Assembly: GCA_963664705.1 (NCBI GenBank)
Contig: OY761556.1
Coordinates: 2,016,001 to 2,080,000, forward strand
DNA: 64,000 nt
Reading direction: 5' to 3'
Source: Acidobacteriota bacterium
Lineage (GTDB): Bacteria; Acidobacteriota; UBA6911
Shown: piece by piece, positions 52,085 to 62,144 of the stretch
How the letters are laid out: each line of letters starts with the position of its first letter
Numbering within the stretch: position 1 is the stretch's first letter
Program-made: the position numbers and the translations under genes
Notes under the pieces: generated by a model
What the model was told of the DNA's origin: nothing
Databases searched by the model: none
What the model saw: the letters and a program-made list of their open reading frames with translations, nothing else

Positions 52085-52280
52085 GGCTCCTCCTGTTCTT
52101 CCCTGACATAGAAATAGCATAAAAACCGGGCCGGTCCCACCTGATCCGTCATTGGAAACCGGCCAGGGCGGGAAGGCTGGTTTCAATTTTTGAAGCAAAT
52201 CCGGTGGAATTTGTCGGAAGCCGGTACTATCCTTTTCCCTTCTAAACAGAGGCCTTCCGGCCCTAAATCAAGGAGAGTAC

Positions 52281-53165
52281 ATGTCGAGCGCAAAAAAGGT
52301 GCTTAAACTGGGGATGCCGAAGGGGAGCCTGCAGGAGTCAACCATCGAATTATTTCGAAGGGCGGGCATTCGCATCGCTTCGAGCGACCGATCCTACTTC
52401 CCCTATTGTGATGATGAGGAAATCGAAGTCATGCTGATCCGTTCCCAGGAAATGGGAAAATACGTTCAGGATGGCCTGTTCGATGCCGGAATCACAGGCC
52501 AGGACTGGATCCTGGAAACCAGTGCCAATGTAAAGGAGATCTGTGAACTGGTCTATGGCAAATCAGGATTCAAGCCGGTCCGTTGGGTATTGGCGGTCCC
52601 GGAAAGCTCAAAAATCCGCTCGATAAAGGATCTTCAAGGCAAGCGGATCGCAACCGAACTCGTCAATTACGTCACGCGGTATCTGGCGGCCAGGAAGGTA
52701 AAGGCAAAAGTCGAGTATTCCTGGGGCGCCACGGAAGCAAAGGCGGGGATACTGGTTGACGCGATTGTCGAGCTCACCGAGACAGGCAGATCCCTGAAGG
52801 CCAATCAACTGCGGATCGTGGAGGATGTGCTCGCATCAACCACGCGCTTCATTGCCAATAAGGAAGCCTGGCGCGATCCCTGGAAGCGCGAAAAGATGGA
52901 AAATATCGCAATTCTCCTCAAGGGTGCGCTGGCCGCCGAAGGCATGGTTGGATTGAAAATGAATCTGAAGGAAAAAGATCTCGAGAAGGTAATGAGCATC
53001 CTTCCCTCTCTCAAGAGACCCACGGTCAGCCCGCTTACATTGCCCGGATGGATGGCACTGGAAGTCGTCGTCGAGGAAAAGATTGTAAAGCGGATGATTC
53101 CCGACCTGAAGAGGGCCGGAGCCGAGGGAATTATCGAATACCCGCTGAACAAGCTGATTGCATAG
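52281..53165 (+). CDS. hisG: ATP phosphoribosyltransferase (long form)
   Basis: [30 protein letters not shown]-terminal regulatory domain. Confidence 0.95.
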   Translation: MSSAKKVLKLGMPKGSLQESTIELFRRAGIRIASSDRSYFPYCDDEEIEVMLIRSQEMGKYVQDGLFDAGITGQDWILETSANVKEICELVYGKSGFKPVRWVLAVPESSKIRSIKDLQGKRIATELVNYVTRYLAARKVKAKVEYSWGATEAKAGILVDAIVELTETGRSLKANQLRIVEDVLASTTRFIANKEAWRDPWKREKMENIAILLKGALAAEGMVGLKMNLKEKDLEKVMSILPSLKRPTVSPLTLPGWMALEVVVEEKIVKRMIPDLKRAGAEGIIEYPLNKLIA

Positions 53166-53184
53166 CACCCCTGCGCTTTATGGA

Positions 53185-53220
53185 GCGGAGGCGAAGGCTC
53201 AAAAGAGCTTTCGCCTCTGT
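53185..53220. terminator. hairpin between convergent hisG and phosphatase genes
   Basis: CGGAGGCGAAGGCTC-AAAA-GAGCTTTCGCCTCTG. Confidence 0.6.
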
Positions 53221-53226
53221 ATTCTC

Positions 53227-54792
53227 CTAGCGCTCTTCAAATATCTCTGAAAGAATTCGCCCTTCCGCTCCGCTAGGTATCTCTACTCCCAGCAGGCTGG
53301 CCAATGTCGGAGCCACGTCGTTCATTGCGATTGTCTGGTAGAAACGCTTCGCCTTGATCCCCGGCCCCATGAAAATCACGGGAACGTGCGAATCATACCC
53401 AAAGGGCGTCCCATGCGTGGTGCTCGTCCCGCCCATGGCAATGTAGTACGGATCCAATATTATGTAGATATCCGCTCCACGACTGAAGGAATAGCCATTT
53501 GCCACGCGGCGCGCAACACGGTCGCCTGAAGGCACGCCTCGCATAAGCTGCTCGCGCGTGTATACCCGGAATACATGGGGCAAGGACTGAATGGCCTTCG
53601 CAGCTTCAGCCGCGACCTCCGATTCGCTCAGCTTCTTTGCCCGGATCAGGTCCCAGTTGAGATAAATCGACTCTTCCGGCGAAGCAGCAATCCAGTTGCC
53701 GTCGCCATATTTGTCGGCAAGCGCTTTCTTGGCTGCATTCAGAATTGCGGAAACCTCCACCCTGCCACCCGGCATTTTTCGTTTGGTGTTGACCTCGGGC
53801 ATAGGGGCCACACCATGATCCGCAGAAAAAACTACGGTCACATTGGCCATTCCCACCTGGGCGTCGATGTATTTAAACAGCTTCCCGAGTAGGCGGTCTG
53901 TTGCAATGGAAACTTCACGCACCTGCTGCGAATCCGGACCATTGGCGTGCCCGACATAGTCATTCGAAGAAAAGCTGATCATGAGCAGGTCCGTATCCGA
54001 ATCCAATCCAAGCTTTTCACCCTTAATTGCAGACTCGGCCATTTGCTCGATCAGTTCATTACCAAAGGGAGTGAATCGAAGCGTGCCGTAGAGTTTAGGG
54101 CCCACGTCTGCGGAAAGCTTGGTACCAAGCCACTCGATGCCTTTGTACTTGTCCGCGGGCCTTCCCGAATTGAATTCCTTTACCCAGGCCGGAAGCTCCG
54201 GCAGGTAGTAGGAGCTGGTGACAAAATTTCCCGACCTGTCATCGAACCAGTAAACCGCATCCGCCATGCGTCCGGTCGCCAGAATTCCACTGTAATCCTT
54301 GAACGATATCCCCACTACATGGTTTTTGCCTTGCCCCGCAATCTTGATTTCATCGCCCAGCGTGCTCACCAGAAGGTTCTGAGGCGAAGACCCGGAACCG
54401 CCGTTGCCTCCTACCTGCTGAACACTGGTATCCTGTGCCGACTGAATCACCTTTCCCGCCGACCGGTCATACCAGGAATTACCGATGATTCCGTTTACCG
54501 AAGGAAAGGCTCCTGTTAAAAATGCCGCATGGCCAACCGAGGTAAAAGTTGGAAAGTGCTCATAGTGGGCGTTAGTGAAGACGGCTCCCCGCGTCAGCAA
54601 TTGTTTGAACCCACTCTTGTATTCGCTGCCAAACCGGGTCAGATAGTCGTAGCGGAATTGATCTGCAATGATCGCCACCACAAGTTTGGGCTTGGTCGAG
54701 GGATGAACCGGCGCCTTCTCGACCTTCACGGGAGCTTGCGCAAATACTTCCAGTGCTGCAAGAGCAAATATGAGCAAAATCAGCTTCTTCAT
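53227..54792 (-). CDS. exported alkaline phosphatase superfamily protein (PafA-like)
   Basis: Signal peptide; DQFRYDYL, TFTSVGH (Thr nucleophile), DYVGH, SADHG, HGTP..YD.HVP. Confidence 0.9.
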   Translation of the reverse strand: MKKLILLIFALAALEVFAQAPVKVEKAPVHPSTKPKLVVAIIADQFRYDYLTRFGSEYKSGFKQLLTRGAVFTNAHYEHFPTFTSVGHAAFLTGAFPSVNGIIGNSWYDRSAGKVIQSAQDTSVQQVGGNGGSGSSPQNLLVSTLGDEIKIAGQGKNHVVGISFKDYSGILATGRMADAVYWFDDRSGNFVTSSYYLPELPAWVKEFNSGRPADKYKGIEWLGTKLSADVGPKLYGTLRFTPFGNELIEQMAESAIKGEKLGLDSDTDLLMISFSSNDYVGHANGPDSQQVREVSIATDRLLGKLFKYIDAQVGMANVTVVFSADHGVAPMPEVNTKRKMPGGRVEVSAILNAAKKALADKYGDGNWIAASPEESIYLNWDLIRAKKLSESEVAAEAAKAIQSLPHVFRVYTREQLMRGVPSGDRVARRVANGYSFSRGADIYIILDPYYIAMGGTSTTHGTPFGYDSHVPVIFMGPGIKAKRFYQTIAMNDVAPTLASLLGVEIPSGAEGRILSEIFEER

Positions 54793-54845
54793 TGAATTCC
54801 TCTCGTTGTAAATTCCCGCTGAATGACGCGCTTTTCAGTGCGAGG

Positions 54846-55121
54846 TTAACCGATGACCACATTCCAGTCCCGGATTTCCCATTTTGGAACCAGCCCGTTA
54901 AGAACATAGGGATCCTGGCGAATGAACTCCTCGATCACAGCCCTATCCCGGCAATGAAAGATGAGGACAGCCTTATCCGTCGGCTCGGTCAGGGCTCCGC
55001 CCAGAATCAGATCTCCTCTTTTGAAAGCCTCTCCGGCCAGTCGGAGGTGCTCCTCCCGAAATGTGGCTCTTCGTTCAATGTAATCCTCGACGACATGGTA
55101 GATCAGCAAGTAATATTTCAT
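54846..55121 (-). CDS. YciI-like protein
   Basis: RRATFREEHL, LGGAL, DPYVLNGLV. Confidence 0.88.
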   Translation of the reverse strand: MKYYLLIYHVVEDYIERRATFREEHLRLAGEAFKRGDLILGGALTEPTDKAVLIFHCRDRAVIEEFIRQDPYVLNGLVPKWEIRDWNVVIG

Positions 55122-55249
55122 CTTTGGCTCAGTGTCGGACGTGTGGAAAAATGAGTTTATTCTATTTGTGTTTCCGTTGAATTTGGAAAACGCCTGCGCT
55201 ACTTTATGAGGTCCACCAACAACAACCAACTATAACCCGGAGCAAGCCT

Positions 55250-56788
55250 ATTTACCGCGAAAATATCCTGATTCTGGATTTTGGTTCTCAGTATACACAG
55301 CTCATTGGAAGAAGGATTCGTGAGCTTTCCGTATACTGCGAGATCGTACCCTATTATTCCGCCATGGAAAAGATCCAGGCGCTGCGCCCATCGGGCATCG
55401 TACTATCCGGTGGGCCGGATTCCGTCTGCCGCGAAGGGAGCCCGTCCCTTCCCCTTGAGTTTTTTGATATTGGACTCCCGATCCTGGGAATCTGCTATGG
55501 GCTGCAGCTGATCTCGCAGAAATTGGGAGGGCGCGTTGTTCCCGGAGGCGATCGCAGGGAATTTGGCAAGGCGACGGTCGAGGTCTCGGAATCGGATACG
55601 CTCTTTGCCGGTCTGCCGGATCGATTCCAGGGCTGGATGAGCCATGGAGACCGCGTCGAACAGCTTCCCGAGGGCTTTCATGTCCTGGCCACGTCAGGAG
55701 GGATTATAGGCGCTGCTGCGGATGAATCGCGAAAGATCTGGGGTCTTCAGTTTCATCCTGAAGTCGTCCACACACACAACGGGGCACAGATTCTCGAAAA
55801 TTTTGTAACCCGCGCCTGCGGGTGCAAGCGCGAGTGGACCATGGCCGCCTTCATTGATTCTGCGGTGAAGGACATCTCTACCCGAATCGGCTCGAACAGT
55901 GTGATATGCGGTCTCAGCGGCGGAGTGGATTCCACGGTGGCCGCTCTGTTGGTTCACAAAGCTATTGGCGACCGTCTGACCTGCGTGTTTGTAGACAACG
56001 GCCTGCTGCGCAAGGATGAATTTAAATCGGTCCTGTCCGCATTTCGTGAACGTCTGCATCTGAAAGTGCTGGGAGTCGACGCAGAGGATCGTTTCCTCGC
56101 AAAGCTCCGCGATGTTGAGGAACCGGAGCGCAAACGCAAGATCATTGGGGAGGAGTTTATCCGCGTATTTGAAGCGGAAGCCCGTAAACTGGGCAATCCG
56201 CCATTCCTGGTCCAGGGGACCCTGTACCCGGACGTCATCGAATCCACATCGGTCCGCGGCCCCTCCGCCGTCATCAAGTCACACCACAATGTTGGCGGGT
56301 TGCCCAGCGACATGCAATTTGAGTTGGTCGAACCGCTTCGCGAGCTATTTAAGGACGAGGTTCGAAAAGTCGGCCTGGAATTGGGAATAGAGGAGCGCTT
56401 TATCTTCCGCCATCCCTTCCCCGGGCCCGGTCTGGCGGTGCGAATTCTCGGATCGATTACCAGAGAGCGCCTTGATCTCCTCCGCGAGGCGGATGCCATC
56501 GTCCAGGAGGAGATTGAGCGCGAAGGATTGATCAAGGAACTCTGGCAGGCCTTTGCCGTGCTCCTGCCCATCCGCAGCGTCGGAGTCATGGGCGATGACC
56601 GGACCTATGAAAATGTGGCCGCCCTCCGCATTGTGACCAGCATGGATGGAATGACCGCGGATTGGGCAAAGATTCCTTACAGTGTTTTGGAAAAAATCTC
56701 TACGCGTATCGTGAACGAAGTACGCGGAATCAACCGGGTGGTGTACGACATTACGTCCAAGCCGCCGGGTACCATTGAATGGGAGTAG
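55250..56788 (+). CDS. guaA: GMP synthase (glutamine-hydrolysing); apparent ATT start
   Basis: The frame upstream of ATG 55364 encodes the conserved [14 protein letters not shown]; also [39 protein letters not shown]. Confidence 0.95.
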   Translation: MYRENILILDFGSQYTQLIGRRIRELSVYCEIVPYYSAMEKIQALRPSGIVLSGGPDSVCREGSPSLPLEFFDIGLPILGICYGLQLISQKLGGRVVPGGDRREFGKATVEVSESDTLFAGLPDRFQGWMSHGDRVEQLPEGFHVLATSGGIIGAAADESRKIWGLQFHPEVVHTHNGAQILENFVTRACGCKREWTMAAFIDSAVKDISTRIGSNSVICGLSGGVDSTVAALLVHKAIGDRLTCVFVDNGLLRKDEFKSVLSAFRERLHLKVLGVDAEDRFLAKLRDVEEPERKRKIIGEEFIRVFEAEARKLGNPPFLVQGTLYPDVIESTSVRGPSAVIKSHHNVGGLPSDMQFELVEPLRELFKDEVRKVGLELGIEERFIFRHPFPGPGLAVRILGSITRERLDLLREADAIVQEEIEREGLIKELWQAFAVLLPIRSVGVMGDDRTYENVAALRIVTSMDGMTADWAKIPYSVLEKISTRIVNEVRGINRVVYDITSKPPGTIEWE

Positions 56789-56791
56789 CCA

Positions 56792-59700
56792 GTGCCTGAA
56801 GCAACGCCTTTTGTGCACCTTCACAATCACTCCGAGTACAGCCTGCTTGACGGTGCTGCCAAAATCAGCGGCCTGGTGGATACGGCTCTGGCGATGGGAA
56901 TGCCGGCCCTGGCCATTACGGACCATGGCAATCTCTTTGGCGCTCTTCAGTTTTATAACACTGCCAAGAAGAAGGGGCTGAAGCCGATCATTGGTTGTGA
57001 AATCTATGTTGCCAAAGAAAGCCGACACAAAAAAATTGGCGGCGGAGATCAATCCAATCACCTGGTGCTGCTCGCGGAAAATCTGACCGGGTATCATAAT
57101 CTGAGCAAACTGGCGTCGTACGGTTTTCTGGAAGGTTTTTACTATAAGCCTCGAATCGATAAAGAACTGCTAGCGCAGCACAGCGAAGGTCTCATCGCCT
57201 CTTCAGCATGCCTGAAGGGAGCCGTTCCCCAAAAGCTGACCATGGAGCAGCCCGAGGCTGCTCTGGCTGAGGCGATGGAGCTCCAGGATATTTTCGGCAA
57301 AGGCAACTTCTACCTGGAACTGCAGGATCACGGACTCGCCGCTCAGAAAAAGGTAAATCCGGCAATCCTCGAAATTGCCCGCAAAACCGGGATTCCTCTG
57401 ATTTGTACCAACGATACGCACTATCTGCGGCGCGATGACAGCGTCGCGCATGACGTTCTGCTCTGCATTGGTACCGGCAAGCTTGTCAGCCAGCAGGACA
57501 GAATGCGTTACGAAAGCGACCAGTTTTACTTCAAGTCCTATGACGAGATGCATAAGCTTTGGGGAGAAATTCCGGAATCGCTCTCCAACACTCTGCGGAT
57601 TGCCGAGCGTTGCCACCTGGAAATCGAGACCGAGCAGCCGCTGCCTCCTTTTGATGTGCCTCCGGGCTATACCGCCGACAGCTATTTCGAAAAGACTGTG
57701 CGTGAGGGGTTCCAGGAACGGCGCGCTTATCTCGAAAACCTTGCGGCCCAGGGCCAGCTGAAAAATCCACTCACCGATTATGAAGTGCGTCTCGATTTCG
57801 AAATCGAGATGATCAAGCAGATGCAGTTTTCGAGCTATTTCCTGATTGTCTGGGACTTGATCAAGTATGCGCGCGACCACGATATTCCGGTCGGCCCCGG
57901 GCGCGGGTCCGTCGTGGGCAGCCTCGTTGCCTACAGCCTTAAAATAACGGATATCGATCCGCTTCAGTACGCTCTGTTTTTTGAACGATTCCTCAATCCC
58001 GAACGCATTGCGCCGCCCGATATTGACATGGATTACTGCATGAACCGTCGGGCGGATATGATCGATTATGTCAACCGGAAGTATGGCCGGGACAAGGTCT
58101 GCCAGATCATCACATTTGGTACCATGGCGGCGAAAGGCGTTATTCGCGATGTCGGGAGAAGTCTCGATATCCCTTACGCGGAAGTCGACCGCATTGCCAA
58201 ACTGATCCCGGACGAACTGAACGCCACGATAGATAAGGCCCTGGAACAGGAGCCGCGCCTGAAAGAGGAGATGAAAAATCCTCAGATTGCCAACCTTATT
58301 GAAATTGGCAAGCGGCTCGAAGGACTATCGCGTCACTCCTCAACCCATGCCGCCGGAGTTGTGATTGCACCCAAACCTCTTGTTGAACTTGTTCCGCTTC
58401 AAAAGACGAACAAGGATGAAATCACAACCCAATACAGCATGAAGGACCTGGAGTCGATCGGCCTCCTGAAAATGGACTTTCTTGCCCTTACGACGCTCAC
58501 CGTTATCGACAGCGCCGTGAAACGCGTCAAGAATGAAAAGGGCATCGATCTGGATCTCTCTTCCGTCGCGCTGACCGACACAAAGGTATACGATCTTTTT
58601 TCGGAAGGCAGAACGAACGGGATATTCCAGTTTGAAAGCGGCGGGATGAAAGCCGAATTGCGCAGGCTCAAACCGGAGCGTTTCGAGGACCTGATCGCGC
58701 TGAATGCATTGTATCGTCCCGGTCCCATGGACATGATCCCGGAATTCATCAAGCGCAAACAGGGACTAATCGAAGTAGAATATCCCCATCCCGTTCTTGA
58801 AGAAATTCTGAAAGAAACCTACGGCATCATTGTTTATCAGGAACAGGTCATGCAGATCGCCAGCAAGATGGCGGGTTTCTCGCTTGGCCAGGCCGATATT
58901 CTTCGCAAAGCCATGGGAAAGAAGATGGCCTCTGTCATGCTCTCGATGCGGGATAAGTTTATCGAAGGCGCACGACAGCAAAAGATACCGGAAAAGGCAG
59001 CGGCCCAGGTATTTGACCTCATGGAGCAGTTTGCGCAATACGGGTTCAACAAATCGCATGCGACCGCCTATGCCCTTCTGGCCTATCAGACGGCCTACCT
59101 TAAAGTTCACTACCCGGTGCAGTTCATGGCGGCCCTGCTCACCAGTGAAATCGGGAACACGGATAAGATCGTCATGTATATTGCCGAATGCAAGGACATG
59201 AACATCTCGGTGTTGCCGCCTGATATCAACGAGAGTTCCGTCGACTTTAAATCCCAGAACGATACGATTCGATTTGGAATGCTGGCGATTCGCAATGTGG
59301 GAGAAGCAGCGATCCGCTCGGTTCTGGAATATCGCGATAAAAATGGAAGGTTCCGCAGCCTCTTCCAGTTTTGCGAAGAAGTGGATTCCCGGACGCTCAA
59401 TAAGCGTGTACTCGAAAGCCTGGTCAAGAGCGGAGCACTGGACTCTCTTGGCTGGAAGCGCTCTCAATGTATGGCAATGATCGACACCGCCATCGAATAC
59501 GGCCAGAAGGCTCGCCGCGACCGCGAAAGTGGACAGAAAGGCCTGTTCTCGGATTCATCGGCCGGCCGCTCCGCTGTCGTGGAACCTACCGCTCCGGATA
59601 TTCCGGAATGGGAAGTAGAACAGAGGCTGTCCTTTGAAAAGGAAACCCTCGGATTCTATGTCTCCGGCCATCCGCTCGATCGTTTTGTCCGGGAGGTTAC

Positions 59701-60253
59701 GCGCTTCAGCAAAAAAAGCATCGCGGATTACATCAGTGAGGGGAAAAGCACCGAGTGCCGCATCGCCGGAATCGTCACCGATTTCAGGCAGCGCCGGACC
59801 AAAAAGGGCGATCTGATGGGCGTCTTTAATCTTGAGGATCTCAGCGGGGCCGTGGAAACCGTTGTCTTCCCAAATTCCTATCCCAAGTTCGAACCCTATA
59901 TGAATGCGGATTCTCCGATCCTGGTTTCCGGACGATTTGAACTGGAAGATGGGCGCGGCGCCAAGTTTGTTGCCTCAGACGTGCAGCCCATGACGGGTCT
60001 GGCAGAACGCAATGCCAAGACATTGCGCATCCGGGCGGATCTCTCCAATCTGTCTCCCGCTACGGCCACCACCTTGCACCGCCTTCTCGAAAGCAATCGC
60101 GGCGATACCGGCGTTGACGTGGAACTGTATTCTCCATACGATTTCCGTGTTAACATTCAATCCTCTGATTTTGTGAAGGTGAAGTCGAGCCCCGAACTGA
60201 TAGAACAGATTGAAAGCATCTGCGGTCCGGGCTCAGTTTATGTCGTGATCTAG
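56792..60253 (+). CDS. dnaE: DNA polymerase III alpha subunit
   Basis: FVHLHNHSEYSLLDG, GPGRGS, PDIDMD, YGFNKSH; no intein evident. Confidence 0.98.
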   Translation: MPEATPFVHLHNHSEYSLLDGAAKISGLVDTALAMGMPALAITDHGNLFGALQFYNTAKKKGLKPIIGCEIYVAKESRHKKIGGGDQSNHLVLLAENLTGYHNLSKLASYGFLEGFYYKPRIDKELLAQHSEGLIASSACLKGAVPQKLTMEQPEAALAEAMELQDIFGKGNFYLELQDHGLAAQKKVNPAILEIARKTGIPLICTNDTHYLRRDDSVAHDVLLCIGTGKLVSQQDRMRYESDQFYFKSYDEMHKLWGEIPESLSNTLRIAERCHLEIETEQPLPPFDVPPGYTADSYFEKTVREGFQERRAYLENLAAQGQLKNPLTDYEVRLDFEIEMIKQMQFSSYFLIVWDLIKYARDHDIPVGPGRGSVVGSLVAYSLKITDIDPLQYALFFERFLNPERIAPPDIDMDYCMNRRADMIDYVNRKYGRDKVCQIITFGTMAAKGVIRDVGRSLDIPYAEVDRIAKLIPDELNATIDKALEQEPRLKEEMKNPQIANLIEIGKRLEGLSRHSSTHAAGVVIAPKPLVELVPLQKTNKDEITTQYSMKDLESIGLLKMDFLALTTLTVIDSAVKRVKNEKGIDLDLSSVALTDTKVYDLFSEGRTNGIFQFESGGMKAELRRLKPERFEDLIALNALYRPGPMDMIPEFIKRKQGLIEVEYPHPVLEEILKETYGIIVYQEQVMQIASKMAGFSLGQADILRKAMGKKMASVMLSMRDKFIEGARQQKIPEKAAAQVFDLMEQFAQYGFNKSHATAYALLAYQTAYLKVHYPVQFMAALLTSEIGNTDKIVMYIAECKDMNISVLPPDINESSVDFKSQNDTIRFGMLAIRNVGEAAIRSVLEYRDKNGRFRSLFQFCEEVDSRTLNKRVLESLVKSGALDSLGWKRSQCMAMIDTAIEYGQKARRDRESGQKGLFSDSSAGRSAVVEPTAPDIPEWEVEQRLSFEKETLGFYVSGHPLDRFVREVTRFSKKSIADYISEGKSTECRIAGIVTDFRQRRTKKGDLMGVFNLEDLSGAVETVVFPNSYPKFEPYMNADSPILVSGRFELEDGRGAKFVASDVQPMTGLAERNAKTLRIRADLSNLSPATATTLHRLLESNRGDTGVDVELYSPYDFRVNIQSSDFVKVKSSPELIEQIESICGPGSVYVVI

Positions 60254-60270
60254 GTGTCATAGGAACTGAG

Positions 60271-61152
60271 ATGGAAGCCACGGATTCAACACAAGCGGAG
60301 ATTGAACGGCTGCGAGCAGAAGTGCAGCGACTCAAAGGGGACGACGGCGTCGCCTATCAGCGAACTCTTCTCGCGCGGCATGATCTGCGCCCCTATACGC
60401 TGGATTATGTAGAACGCCTCTTTCGGGATTTTTCCGAAATTCACGGAGACCGGCGCTATGGCGATGATGCCGCGATCGTCACCGGCATGGCGGTCTATCA
60501 TGGCACTCCCGTGATGGTTGTTGGCCATCAAAAGGGCCGGGATATCCGGCAGCGCCAGCATAGAAATTTCGGCTGCCCGCAGCCCGAAGGCTATCGCAAA
60601 GCCCTGCGGGCGATGAAACTGGCTGACAAATTCTCGCGCCCCATCATCACCTTCGTCGACACGCCGGGAGCCTACCCTGGAGTCGGAGCGGAGGAGCGTG
60701 GTCAGGCCGAGGCCATTGCCTTCAACCTTCGCGAAATGGCACGGCTCGAAGTCCCGGTTATCGTCTGTGTCGTTGGCGAGGGAGGAAGCGGAGGCGCATT
60801 GGCTATTGCGGTCGGCAACAAAGTCCTGATGCAGGAAAACGCCATCTACTCGGTTATCACTCCGGAAGGATGCTCCGCCATTCTTTGGAAGGATCAAGCA
60901 CAGGCTCATGTGGAGGCCGCCGCTGCTGCCTTAAAAATCACGGCTTCCGATCTGAAATCCATGGGTTTGATCGACGAAATAGTCCCTGAACCGCCCGGCG
61001 GCGCCCACGCGGATCATGCGGCGGCAGCCGATTTCCTCGACCGGCACTTGCGTCCCAGCCTTGAAGCGTTGATGAGAATTTCCGGAACAGACTTGAGGAA
61101 ACAGCGTTACGAGCGATTCCGCGCCATTGGAGCCGTATCCGTTCTCTCCTGA
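60271..61152 (+). CDS. accA: acetyl-CoA carboxylase carboxyltransferase alpha subunit
   Basis: HGDR, PEGYRKALR, DTPGAYPG, GEGGSGGALA; follows dnaE. Confidence 0.96.
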   Translation: MEATDSTQAEIERLRAEVQRLKGDDGVAYQRTLLARHDLRPYTLDYVERLFRDFSEIHGDRRYGDDAAIVTGMAVYHGTPVMVVGHQKGRDIRQRQHRNFGCPQPEGYRKALRAMKLADKFSRPIITFVDTPGAYPGVGAEERGQAEAIAFNLREMARLEVPVIVCVVGEGGSGGALAIAVGNKVLMQENAIYSVITPEGCSAILWKDQAQAHVEAAAAALKITASDLKSMGLIDEIVPEPPGGAHADHAAAADFLDRHLRPSLEALMRISGTDLRKQRYERFRAIGAVSVLS

Positions 61153-61210
61153 ACTTCCGGTATCGTGGATTTGCGGGAATCGGGAGCGCGCTCTCTTTTG
61201 ACGGCTCCGG

Positions 61211-61903
61211 TTAGTTGCGAAGTCCCTTCAACTGAGTGCGGTAGACGTAGCGAACAATGCGTGCGCGCTCGGATTCGCTGATGGCCAGAAATCGCACACC
61301 CGCACGATACATCATTTGATTTTCAGCCGGGCTGTCCGAAAACACTACCCTGCAGGGTATTCGAATCAATGGCGCATCATCCGGCAGAGATAATTTGATC
61401 TCCAACAGGGTATTTTCCGGAATCGGCTTTGCGCATCGTATCCCCACCCCCCCCGCGCTGACATCGCTTGTGGTCGTTCGGAGATTGAAGGGAATGTCGG
61501 TATCGGTCCGGGCATCCCTTTGAGTGCCGGTAATTTCCACCGGTATCATGCATTTTACGCGGAAATTCTGACGACGCTGAATACGGGCGATGGCACTGCT
61601 TTGGATGATTGTCAGCTGCGGCAATCCCTCCGAGTGCATTTCATCGACCATGCCCGAAAATTCATGGGGGACGTAGTCTCTGACGAAATTGAATGCGAGT
61701 ATCTGATCTTTATGCGCCAACAGACGCATTCCCGCATGGGTTGGCCAGGCGATGATCAGCTTACCCTGGGCTATATCGCTGACACGACTATAATACGTGA
61801 CGCTGGTGTCATCCCCTTCAATACGCACCTGCAGGAGTTCGTTGACATCTATCTGGATGTCCACTTCTTCCGAAAATTCGTTATTCGATTCCGGCATACC
61901 CAT
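61211..61903 (-). CDS. YcgR-like PilZ-domain (c-di-GMP-binding) protein
   Basis: QRRQNFR (RxxxR) and DVSAGG (DxSxxG) motifs with an N-terminal beta domain. Confidence 0.88.
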   Translation of the reverse strand: MGMPESNNEFSEEVDIQIDVNELLQVRIEGDDTSVTYYSRVSDIAQGKLIIAWPTHAGMRLLAHKDQILAFNFVRDYVPHEFSGMVDEMHSEGLPQLTIIQSSAIARIQRRQNFRVKCMIPVEITGTQRDARTDTDIPFNLRTTTSDVSAGGVGIRCAKPIPENTLLEIKLSLPDDAPLIRIPCRVVFSDSPAENQMMYRAGVRFLAISESERARIVRYVYRTQLKGLRN

Positions 61904-62029
61904 GCAAGATCCCGCTATCCATTATCTCCTTTGGCTCTTATCGGCCGTTATCCCGTCCTATATAGCGATATTACAGCGGCAGGCCAGGCTTTCAAAAACC
62001 TCGCCTAATGGGAGCGCAGGCTTCCCGGC

Positions 62030-62139
62030 TAATACCGCACATTCTTTTTCGAGGGCGAAGTCCTTTGGAGTGAAGTAGTTTGCCACCGCCTTCGGCTTTT
62101 ATGGCTCTCAAAGGCGGCAGCAAGACGCCGGCGCTTCCA
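62030..62139. repeat. diverged copy of the MITE/REP-like element
   Basis: TAATACCGCAC...TCGAGGGCGA...CCGCCTTCGGCT...TCAAAGGCG.CAG.AAG collinear with 48710-48817. Confidence 0.7.
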
Positions 62140-62144
62140 GCCGA

